From assembly GCF_009914755.1 (NCBI RefSeq), contig NC_060941.1: a DNA stretch of 64,000 bases, one strand, 5' to 3'. This DNA comes from the human T2T-CHM13v2.0 reference genome, Homo sapiens. Positions 46,621-58,600 of this stretch are shown piece after piece. Under the pieces are notes generated by a model. The model worked only from the letters and a program-made list of their open reading frames with translations. It was not told the DNA's origin and ran no database searches. The position numbers and the translations under genes are program-made. Each line of letters begins with the position of its first letter. Within the stretch, counting starts at the first letter, position 1.

Positions 46621-49600
46621 GTCTTTGGACGAATGTGCCCTGTGCGTCAAAAAGGGATGTCTTTTATGTGGACCGGTCTTTGGTGCGCCTCTTTCTGCAT
46701 CTCTCCCTGGGTCCTGCGGCCAGCTGTCCATCGTCTTCGCGGCGGTTCCACTTTGGGTCTGTGCAGGCCTCGATAACGTGAGGGGATGCATCGGGCCCGG
46801 AGCAATGGAAGTCTCATCCCCATCCTGAGCGGCCTCTTTTCTAGGATCGAGAGGACCACACTGCAGCCCAGGACAAAAGCCCCACGGTAGCACATTGTCC
46901 GGCAGGAGAGGAGCAGACCCACGTCCAAGAAGATGGTTTTACCTTTCCACGCCCCTTCTCTGCGAAATGAAGCCACACCACCACACAGTCTTGAAGAGGA
47001 AGCCTGGAATGGGAGACGGCAACAAGCCCCGTCCCTGGAACGCTGGCCTCTCTGGACAAGCCACCCGCTTCGCACCCCTCCTCTTATGCCCGTGGCGGTG
47101 GCACGGCGCTGTATCCTGCCTGGGCTATGGCCTCTGCTCTGTCGTCCCTCTTGCTCTGTCTCCCCTGTTTCTGAGCGGCCTAGATGCCTCTCGGTCTGGC
47201 TGAATATCTTCTACGAAGATCACTTCCCCGTCCATCAGGGAGACACTTCCTGGAGATCCGTGTCATGACTGTTTCTCTCTCCAAGCCCGTTTCTGCTGGA
47301 TTGCGCAGGTCTGATGACCCTGGGGCTCTTGGCTTCCATACGTGTCTCAGACAGGGAAGCTTCCTCGGTCTCCGTGTTTCACCTCATGGGTGGGTGGATT
47401 GCCTAGGATGAGCGAGCGCTAGGCCGGCGAGACTGGCCTTGTCTTCTAGGACAAGTGCATTTCCCCTGCGCTTCCTGTCTCACTCTTGAGGGACATCCTC
47501 TCCTCCGCTCACAGGTGGACAGACTCCCTGGATCTTTTGGCTGTAACGAATGTCAGGAAACAAAGGGACTGCGCTGGGACTGGCGCTGGGGCTGCGTGCA
47601 GGGGAGGTTGCGTCAGGGCTAGCTGGGTGGTGGAGGGTTGGGGGTGGGGTGACTGTTGCAGAAACCTCTGTGGTCCTCTGGCAGGCATTTCAACATGTGG
47701 CTTGGCTGAGGCACAAGCCCCGTCCAGGTTCCCAGGTCTTCTTTGTGTTCCCTTGGCACTCAGGGAAAGGCCACTTGATCCCCTTTCTACCGGGCGCATG
47801 CCTGGGCACCACTGTTGCTTTCGCCCTCGCCCCACATGCCTCCGGTGACATACATTCACGCCATCTGCTCTGGTATACGCCAGTGCCAGGCGTGATCGCA
47901 TTGTCTCCACCTGGGATTCGCCCCGTCCCTGTCTGCACGTGTCCTGGAAAGCGGTGTCGGCTTGCAGGAGCCCCAGGGCTTTTAGAAGCGGGCCAGGCCA
48001 CCGCTCTTTCAAAGGAGGAGGGAGGCAGAGGGCTCACGGATCAGTGAATTTTCCGCTGACAGCAGGCCTTGAGGGCCATGGGATCATTCTGTGCTTCAGC
48101 GAGGCCCTGCCTGCCTCAGCCGATGTGGTGAGCCCATCCTTTCTCGCCCAGAGTGGTCCAAAATCGCATCTGAAGAGGAGTCCTGAGAACCCAGCAGGCG
48201 CCCTGAAGCTCCCCGTCCATCGGTGGAAGTCGGCTCAAGGAGGTCCTGAAGACGGGACTCCTGGGGGCTCGGCCCTGGGACACCCGTGGCCCCCTCTCCC
48301 ACGCGGCCCCAAACTGGACCCCGGATCCAGCCGCAGCCGCGGCTGCAGCAGGCGCGCCCCCTGCCGCCGCGCAGCCGCCCGTATTTAAAGGGGACGCAGC
48401 CTGCCTGACTGCCAGGAGCCAAGCGCGAGTCAGCCCAGCCAAAGCGCATGCGCGACGCGCGCGCCGCTTTTTGCTTCACAGTGCTTCCCACGGTTGTCTT
48501 AGGAACCAGTCCCCGAGGCTTGGCAACGCGGGAGCCCTCCGTGGCGGCGCTTGGGTGTCGGGCCTCCGAGGCTCCGGCCTGACCTCTCCACGGGGTCCAC
48601 AGGAACGTCTCCGGCTGCCAGGAGTCACAAGGGGCCGAGCAGGATGAGGAAACCACAGGCGGAGTCCGGGGGAAGCAGCGTGGCATCCCAGCCTCAGGCC
48701 TGCCAGGACGGTGTTCGGGTGAGTCTCCCGAGAAGTTGTGCCCCCGTGATCTCGAGGACAGGTCCGCCTGCGTGCCCGAGGGCTGTTCTCTCAGCCGAGG
48801 GTTGTTCCCCTCCAGAGCAGAACCCGGCAGCCGCAGGGGTTGCCTGGGGGCGTGTGTTTCTCGGCCACCGCGGTAGGACTGTGTGTGGGGCTGTGTCTCC
48901 CATTCTCCCTTCTCTCTCTGTCTCTCACCCTCTGTGTGCTTCTTTCCCTCTGTGTGTGTGTGTGTGTGTGTGTGTGTCTTTGGACGAATGTGCCCTGTGC
49001 GTCAAAAAGGGATGTCTTTTATGTGGACCGGTCTTTGGTGAGCCTCTTTCTGCGTCTCTCCCTGGGTCCTGCGGCCAGCTGTCCATCGTCTTCGCGGCGG
49101 TTCCACTTTGGGTCTGTGCAGGCCTCGATAACGTGAGGGGATGCATCGGGCCCGGAGCAATGGAAGTCTCATCCCCATCCTGAGCGGCCTCTTTTCTAGG
49201 ATCGAGAGGACCACACTGCAGCCCAGGACAAAAGCCCCACGGTAGCACATTGTCCGGCAGGAGAGGAGCAGACCCACGTCCAAGAAGATGGTTTTACCTT
49301 TCCACGCCCCTTCTCTGCGAAATGAAGCCACACCACCACACAGTCTTGAAGAGGAAGCCTGGAATGGGAGACGGCAACAAGCCCCGTCCCTGGAACGCTG
49401 GCCTCTCTGGACAAGCCACCCGCTTCGCACCCCTCCTCTTATGCCCGTGGCGGTGGCACGGCGCTGTATCCTGCCTGGGCTATGGCCTCTGCTCTGTCGT
49501 CCCTCTTGCTCTGTCTCCCCTGTTTCTGAGCGGCCTAGATGCCTCTCGGTCTGGCTGAATATCTTCTACGAAGATCACTTCCCCGTCCATCAGGGAGACA

Positions 49601-52600
49601 CTTCCTGGAGATCCGTGTCATGACTGTTTCTCTCTCCAAGCCTGTTTCTGCTGGATTGCGCAGGTCTGATGACCCTGGGGCTCTTGGCTTCCATACGTGT
49701 CTCAGACAGGGAAGCTTCCTCGGTCTCCGTGTTTCACCTCATGGGTGGGTGGATTGCCTAGGATGAGCGAGCGCTAGGCCGGCGAGACTGGCCTTGTCTT
49801 CTAGGACAAGTGCATTTCCCCTGCGCTTCCTGTCTCACTCTTGAGGGACATCCTCTCCTCCGCTCACAGGTGGACAGACTCCCTGGATCTTTTGGCTGTA
49901 ACGAATGTCAGGAAACAAAGGGACTGCGCTGGGACTGGGGCTGGGGCTGCGTGCAGGGGAGGTTGCGTCAGGGCTAGCTGGGTGGTGGAGGGTTGGGGGT
50001 GGGGTGACTGTTGCAGAAACCTCTGTGGTCCTCTGGCAGGCATTTCAACATGTGGCTTGGCTGAGGCACAAGCCCCGTCCAGGTTCCCAGGTCTTCTTTG
50101 TGTTCCCTTGGCACTCAGGGAAAGGCCACTTGATCCCCTTTCTACCGGGCGCATGCCTGGGCACCACTGTTGCTTTCGCCCTCGCCCCACATGCCTCCGG
50201 TGACATACATTCACGCCATCTGCTCTGGTATACGCCAGTGCCAGGCGTGATCGCATTGTCTCCACCTGGGATTCGCCCCGTCCCTGTCTGCACGTGTCCT
50301 GGAAAGCGGTGTCGGCTTGCAGGAGCCCCAGGGCTTTTAGAAGCGGGCCAGGCCACCGCTCTTTCAAAGGAGGAGGGAGGCAGAGGGCTCACGGATCAGT
50401 GAATTTTCCGCTGACAGCAGGCCTTGAGGGCCATGGGATCATTCTGTGCTGCAGCGAGGCCCTGCCTGCCTCAGCAGATGTGGTGAGCCCATCCTTTCTC
50501 GCCCAGAGTGGTCCAAAATCGCATCTGAAGAGGAGTCCTGAGAACCCAGCAGGCGCCCTGAAGCTCCCCGTCCATCGGTGGAAGTCGGCTCAAGGAGGTC
50601 CTGAAGACGGGACTCCTGGGGGCTCGGCCCTGGGACACCCGTGGCCCCCTCTCCCACGCGGCCCCAAACTGGACCCCGGATCCAGCCGCAGCCGCGGCTG
50701 CAGCAGGCGCGCCCCCTGCCGCCGCGCAGCCGCCCGTATTTAAAGGGGACGCAGCCTGCCTGACTGCCAGGAGCCAAGCGCGAGTCGGCCCAGCCAAAGC
50801 GCATGCGCGAGGCGCGCGCCGCTTTTTGCTTCACAGTGCTTCCCACGGTTGTCTTAGGAACCAGTCCCCGAGGCTTGGCAACGCGGGAGCCCTCCGTGGC
50901 GGCGCCTGGGTGTCGGGCCTCCGAGGCTCCGGCCTGACCTCTCCACGGGGTCCACAGGAACGTCTCCGGCTGCCAGGAGTCACAAGGGGCCGAGCAGGAT
51001 GAGGAAACCACAGGCGGAGTCCGGGGGAAGCAGCGTGGCATCCCAGCCTCAGGCCTGCCAGGACGGTGTTCGGGTGAGTCTCCCGAGAAGTCGTGCCCCC
51101 GTGATCTCGAGGACAGGTCCGCCTGCGTGCCCGAGGGCTGTTCTCTCAGCCGAGGGTTGTTCCCCTCCAGAGCAGAACCCGGCAGCCGCAGGGGTTGCCT
51201 GGGGGCGTGTGTTTCTCGGCCACCGCGGTAGGACTGTGTGTGGGGCTGTGTCTCCCATTCTCCCTTCTCTCTCTGTCTCTCACCCTCTGTGTGCTTCTTT
51301 CCCTCTGTGTGTGTGTGTGTGTGTGTGTGTCTTTGGACGAATGTGCCCTGTGCGTCAAAAAGGGATGTCTTTTATGTGGACCGGTCTTTGGTGAGCCTCT
51401 TTCTGCGTCTCTCCCTGGGTCCTGCGGCCAGCTGTCCATCGTCTTCGCGGCGGTTCCACTTTGGGTCTGTGCAGGCCTCGATAACGTGAGGGGATGCATC
51501 GGGCCCGGAGCAATGGAAGTCTCATCCCCATCCTGAGCGGCCTCTTTTCTAGGATCGAGAGGACCACACTGCAGCCCAGGACAAAAGCCCCACGGTAGCA
51601 CATTGTCCGGCAGGAGAGGAGCAGACCCACGTCCAAGAAGATGGTTTTACCTTTCCACGCCCCTTCTCTGCGAAATGAAGCCACACCACCACACAGTCTT
51701 GAAGAGGAAGCCTGGAATGGGAGACGGCAACAAGCCCCGTCCCTGGAACGCTGGCCTCTCTGGACAAGCCACCCGCTTCGCACCCCTCCTCTTATGCCCG
51801 TGGCGGTGGCACGGCGCTGTATCCTGCCTGGGCTATGGCCTCTGCTCTGTCGTCCCTCTTGCTCTGTCTCCCCTGTTTCTGAGCGGCCTAGATGCCTCTC
51901 GGTCTGGCTGAATATCTTCTACGAAGATCACTTCCCCGTCCATCAGGGAGACACTTCCTGGAGATCCGTGTCATGACTGTTTCTCTCTCCAAGCCTGTTT
52001 CTGCTGGATTGCGCAGGTCTGATGACCCTGGGGCTCTTGGCTTCCATACGTGTCTCAGACAGGGAAGCTTCCTCGGTCTCCGTGTTTCACCTCATGGGTG
52101 GGTGGATTGCCTAGGATGAGCGAGCGCTAGGCCGGCGAGACTGGCCTTGTCTTCTAGGACAAGTGCATTTCCCCTGCGCTTCCTGTCTCACTCTTGAGGG
52201 ACATCCTCTCCTCCGCTCACAGGTGGACAGACTCCCTGGATCTTTTGGCTGTAACGAATGTCAGGAAACAAAGGGACTGCGCTGGGACTGGGGCTGGGGC
52301 TGCGTGCAGGGGAGGTTGCGTCAGGGCTAGCTGGGTGGTGGAGGGTTGGGGGTGGGGTGACTGTTGCAGAAACCTCTGTGGTCCTCTGGCAGGCATTTCA
52401 ACATGTGGCTTGGCTGAGGCACAAGCCCCGTCCAGGTTCCCAGGTCTTCTTTGTGTTCCCTTGGCACTCAGGGAAAGGCCACTTGATCCCCTTTCTACCG
52501 GGCGCATGCCTGGGCACCACTGTTGCTTTCGCCCTCGCCCCACATGCCTCCGGTGACATACATTCACGCCATCTGCTCTGGTATACGCCAGTGCCAGGCG

Positions 52601-55600
52601 TGATCGCATTGTCTCCACCTGGGATTCGCCCCGTCCCTGTCTGCACGTGTCCTGGAAAGCGGTGTCGGCTTGCAGGAGCCCCAGGGCTTTTAGAAGCGGG
52701 CCAGGCCACCGCTCTTTCAAAGGAGGAGGGAGGCAGAGGGCTCACGGATCAGTGAATTTTCCGCTGACAGCAGGCCTTGAGGGCCATGGGATCATTCTGT
52801 GCTGCAGCGAGGCCCTGCCTGCCTCAGCAGATGTGGTGAGCCCATCCTTTCTCGCCCAGAGTGGTCCAAAATCGCATCTGAAGAGGAGTCCTGAGAACCC
52901 AGCAGGCGCCCTGAAGCTCCCCGTCCATCGGTGGAAGTCGGCTCAAGGAGGTCCTGAAGACGGGACTCCTGGGGGCTCGGCCCTGGGACACCCGTGGCCC
53001 CCTCTCCCACGCGGCCCCAAACTGGACCCCGGATCCAGCCGCAGCCGTGGCTGCAGCAGGCGCGCCCCCTGCCGCCGCGCAGCCGCCCGTATTTAAAGGG
53101 GACGCAGCCTGCCTGACTGCCAGCAGACAAGCGCGAGTCGGCCCAGCCAAAGCGCATGCGCGAGGCGCGCGCCGCTTTTTGCTTCACAGTGCTTCCCACG
53201 GTTGTCTTAGGAACCAGTCCCCGAGGCTTGGCAACGCGGGAGCCCTCCGTGGCGGCGCCTGGGTGTCGGGCCTCCGAGGCTCCGGCCTGACCTCTCCACG
53301 GGGTCCACAGGAACGTCTCCGGCTGCCAGGAGTCACAAGGGGCCGAGCAGGATGAGGAAACCACAGGCGGAGTCCGGGGGAAGCAGCGTGGCATCCCAGC
53401 CTCAGGCCTGCCAGGACGGTGTTCGGGTGAGTCTCCCGAGAAGTCGTGCCCCCGTGATCTCGAGGACAGGTCCGCCTGCGTGCCCGAGGGCTGTTCTCTC
53501 AGCCGAGGGTTGTTCCCCTCCAGAGCAGAACCCGGCAGCCGCAGGGGTTGCCTGGGGGCGTGTGTTTCTCGGCCACCGCGGTAGGACTGTGTGTGGGGCT
53601 GTGTCTCCCATTCTCCCTTCTCTCTCTGTCTCTCACCCTCTGTGTGCTTCTTTCCCTCTGTGTGTGTGTGTGTGTGTGTGTGTCTTTGGACGAATGTGCC
53701 CTGTGCGTCAAAAAGGGATGTCTTTTATGTGGACCGGTCTTTGGTGAGCCTCTTTCTGCGTCTCTCCCTGGGTCCTGCGGCCAGCTGTCCATCGTCTTCG
53801 CGGCGGTTCCACTTTGGGTCTGTGCAGGCCTCGATAACGTGAGGGGATGCATCGGGCCCGGAGCAATGGAAGTCTCATCCCCATCCTGAGCGGCCTCTTT
53901 TCTAGGATCGAGAGGACCACACTGCAGCCCAGGACAAAAGCCCCACGGTAGCACATTGTCCGGCAGGAGAGGAGCAGACCCACGTCCAAGAAGATGGTTT
54001 TACCTTTCCACGCCCCTTCTCTGCGAAATGAAGCCACACCACCACACAGTCTTGAAGAGGAAGCCTGGAATGGGAGACGGCAACAAGCCCCGTCCCTGGA
54101 ACGCTGGCCTCTCTGGACAAGCCACCCGCTTCGCACCCCTCCTCTTATGCCCGTGGCGGTGGCACGGCGCTGTATCCTGCCTGGGCTATGGCCTCTGCTC
54201 TGTCGTCCCTCTTGCTCTGTCTCCCCTGTTTCTGAGCGGCCTAGATGCCTCTCGGTCTGGCTGAATATCTTCTACGAAGATCACTTCCCCGTCCATCAGG
54301 GAGACACTTCCTGGAGATCCGTGTCATGACTGTTTCTCTCTCCAAGCCTGTTTCTGCTGGATTGCGCAGGTCTGATGACCCTGGGGCTCTTGGCTTCCAT
54401 ACGTGTCTCAGACAGGGAAGCTTCCTCGGTCTCCGTGTTTCACCTCATGGGTGGGTGGATTGCCTAGGATGAGCGAGCGCTAGGCCGGCGAGACTGGCCT
54501 TGTCTTCTAGGACAAGTGCATTTCCCCTGCGCTTCCTGTCTCACTCTTGAGGGACATCCTCTCCTCCGCTCACAGGTGGACAGACTCCCTGGATCTTTTG
54601 GCTGTAACGAATGTCAGGAAACAAAGGGACTGCGCTGGGACTGGGGCTGGGGCTGCGTGCAGGGGAGGTTGCGTCAGGGCTAGCTGGGTGGTGGAGGGTT
54701 GGGGGTGGGGTGACTGTTGCAGAAACCTCTGTGGTCCTCTGGCAGGCATTTCAACATGTGGCTTGGCTGAGGCACAAGCCCCGTCCAGGTTCCCAGGTCT
54801 TCTTTGTGTTCCCTTGGCACTCAGGGAAAGGCCACTTGATCCCCTTTCTACCGGGCGCATGCCTGGGCACCACTGTTGTTTTCGCCCTCGCCCCACATGC
54901 CTCCGGTGACATACATTCACGCCATCTGCTCTGGTATACGCCAGTGCCAGGCGTGATCGCATTGTCTCCACCTGGGATTCGCCCCGTCCCTGTCTGCACG
55001 TGTCCTGGAAAGCGGTGTCAGCTTGCAGGAGCCCCAGGGCTTTTAGAAGCGGGCCAGGCCACCGCTCTTTCAAAGGAGGAGGGAGGCAGAGGGCTCACGG
55101 ATCAGTGAATTTTCCGCTGACAGCAGGCCTTGAGGGCCATGGGATCATTCTGTGCTGCAGCGAGGCCCTGCCTGCCTCAGCAGATGTGGTGAGCCCATCC
55201 TTTCTCGCCCAGAGTGGTCCAAAATCGCATCTGAAGAGGAGTCCTGAGAACCCAGCAGGCGCCCTGAAGCTCCCCGTCCATCGGTGGAAGTCGGCTCAAG
55301 GAGGTCCTGAAGACGGGACTCCTGGGGGCTCGGCCCTGGGACACCCGTGGCCCCCTCTCCCACGCGGCCCCAAACTGGACCCCGGATCCAGCCGCAGCCG
55401 CTGCTGCAGCAGGCGCGCCCCCTGCCGCCGCGCAGCCGCCCGTATTTAAAGGGGACGCAGCCTGCCTGACTGCCAGGAGCCAAGCGCGAGTCGGCCCAGC
55501 CAAAGCGCATGCGCGAGGCGCGCGCCGCTTTTTGCTTCACAGTGCTTCCCACGGTTGTCTTAGGAACCAGTCCCCGAGGCTTGGCAACGCGGGAGCCCTC

Positions 55601-58600
55601 CGTGGCGGCGCCTGGGTGTCGGGCCTCCGAGGCTCCGGCCTGACCTCTCCACGGGGTCCACAGGAACGTCTCCGGCTGCCAGGAGTCACAAGGGGCCGAG
55701 CAGGATGAGGAAACCACAGGCGGAGTCCGGGGGAAGCAGCGTGGCATCCCAGCCTCAGGCCTGCCAGGACGGTGTTCGGGTGAGTCTCCCGAGAAGTCGT
55801 GCCCCCGTGATCTCGAGGACAGGTCCGCCTGCGTGCCCGAGGGCTGTTCTCTCAGCCGAGGGTTGTTCCCCTCCAGAGCAGAACCCGGCAGCCGCAGGGG
55901 TTGCCTGGGGGCGTGTGTTTCTCGGCCACCGCGGTAGGACTGTGTGTGGGGCTGTGTCTCCCATTCTCCCTTCTCTCTCTGTCTCTCACCCTCTGTGTGC
56001 TTCTTTCCCTCTGTGTGTGTGTGTGTGTGTGTGTGTCTTTGGACGAATGTGCCCTGTGCGTCAAAAAGGGATGTCTTTTATGTGGACCGGTCTTTGGTGA
56101 GCCTCTTTCTGCGTCTCTCCCTGGGTCCTGCGGCCAGCTGTCCATCGTCTTCGCGGCGGTTCCACTTTGGGTCTGTGCAGGCCTCGATAACGTGAGGGGA
56201 TGCATCGGGCCCGGAGCAATGGAAGTCTCATCCCCATCCTGAGCGGCCTCTTTTCTAGGATCGAGAGGACCACACTGCAGCCCAGGACAAAAGCCCCACG
56301 GTAGCACATTGTCCGGCAGGAGAGGAGCAGACCCACGTCCAAGAAGATGGTTTTACCTTTCCACGCCCCTTCTCTGCGAAATGAAGCCACACCACCACAC
56401 AGTCTTGAAGAGGAAGCCTGGAATGGGAGACGGCAACAAGCCCCGTCCCTGGAACGCTGGCCTCTCTGGACAAGCCACCCGCTTCGCACCCCTCCTCTTA
56501 TGCCCGTGGCGGTGGCACGGCGCTGTATCCTGCCTGGGCTATGGCCTCTGCTCTGTCGTCCCTCTTGCTCTGTCTCCCCTGTTTCTGAGCGGCCTAGATG
56601 CCTCTCGGTCTGGCTGAATATCTTCTACGAAGATCACTTCCCCGTCCATCAGGGAGACACTTCCTGGAGATCCGTGTCATGACTGTTTCTCTCTCCAAGC
56701 CTGTTTCTGCTGGATTGCGCAGGTCTGATGACCCTGGGGCTCTTGGCTTCCATACGTGTCTCAGACAGGGAAGCTTCCTCGGTCTCCGTGTTTCACCTCA
56801 TGGGTGGGTGGATTGCCTAGGATGAGCGAGCGCTAGGCCGGCGAGACTGGCCTTGTCTTCTAGGACAAGTGCATTTCCCCTGCGCTTCCTGTCTCACTCT
56901 TGAGGGACATCCTCTCCTCCGCTCACAGGTGGACAGACTCCCTGGATCTTTTGGCTGTAACGAATGTCAGGAAACAAAGGGACTGCGCTGGGACTGGGGC
57001 TGGGGCTGCGTGCAGGGGAGGTTGCGTCAGGGCTAGCTGGGTGGTGGAGGGTTGGGGGTGGGGTGACTGTTGCAGAAACCTCTGTGGTCCTCTGGCAGGC
57101 ATTTCAACATGTGGCTTGGCTGAGGCACAAGCCCCGTCCAGGTTCCCAGGTCTTCTTTGTGTTCCCTTGGCACTCAGGGAAAGGCCACTTGATCCCCTTT
57201 CTACCGGGCGCATGCCTGGGCACCACTGTTGCTTTCGCCCTCGCCCCACATGCCTCCGGTGACATACATTCACGCCATCTGCTCTGGTATACGCCAGTGC
57301 CAGGCGTGATCGCATTGTCTCCACCTGGGATTCGCCCCGTCCCTGTCTGCACGTGTCCTGGAAAGCGGTGTCGGCTTGCAGGAGCCCCAGGGCTTTTAGA
57401 AGCGGGCCAGGCCACCGCTCTTTCAAAGGAGGAGGGAGGCAGAGGGCTCACGGATCAGTGAATTTTCCGCTGACAGCAGGCCTTGAGGGCCATGGGATCA
57501 TTCTGTGCTGCAGCGAGGCCCTGCCTGCCTCAGCAGATGTGGTGAGCCCATCCTTTCTCGCCCAGAGTGGTCCAAAATCGCATCTGAAGAGGAGTCCTGA
57601 GAACCCAGCAGGCGCCCTGAAGCTCCCCGTCCATCGGTGGAAGTCGGCTCAAGGAGGTCCTGAAGACGGGACTCCTGGGGGCTCGGCCCTGGGACACCCG
57701 TGGCCCCCTCTCCCACGCGGCCCCAAACTGGACCCCGGATCCAGCCGCAGCCGCGGCTGCAGCAGGCGCGCCCCCTGCCGCCGCGCAGCCGCCCGTATTT
57801 AAAGGGGACGCAGCCTGCCTGACTGCCAGCAGACAAGCGCGAGTCGGCCCAGCCAAAGCGCATGCGCGAGGCGCGCGCCGCTTTTTGCTTCACAGTGCTT
57901 CCCACGGTTGTCTTAGGAACCAGTCCCCGAGGCTTGGCAACGCGGGAGCCCTCCGTGGCGGCGCCTGGGTGTCGGGCCTCCGAGGCTCCGGCCTGACCTC
58001 TCCACGGGGTCCACAGGAACGTCTCCGGCTGCCAGGAGTCACAAGGGGCCGAGCAGGATGAGGAAACCACAGGCGGAGTCCGGGGGAAGCAGCGTGGCAT
58101 CCCAGCCTCAGGCCTGCCAGGACGGTGTTCGGGTGAGTCTCCCGAGAAGTCGTGCCCCCGTGATCTCGAGGACAGGTCCGCCTGCGTGCCCGAGGGCTGT
58201 TCTCTCAGCCGAGGGTTGTTCCCCTCCAGAGCAGAACCCGGCAGCCGCAGGGGTTGCCTGGGGGCGTGTGTTTCTCGGCCACCGCGGTAGGACTGTGTGT
58301 GGGGCTGTGTCTCCCATTCTCCCTTCTCTCTCTGTCTCTCACCCTCTGTGTGCTTCTTTCCCTCTGTGTGTGTGTGTGTGTGTGTGTGTCTTTGGACGAA
58401 TGTGCCCTGTGCGTCAAAAAGGGATGTCTTTTATGTGGACCGGTCTTTGGTGAGCCTCTTTCTGCGTCTCTCCCTGGGTCCTGCGGCCAGCTGTCCATCG
58501 TCTTCGCGGCGGTTCCACTTTGGGTCTGTGCAGGCCTCGATAACGTGAGGGGATGCATCGGGCCCGGAGCAATGGAAGTCTCATCCCCATCCTGAGCGGC

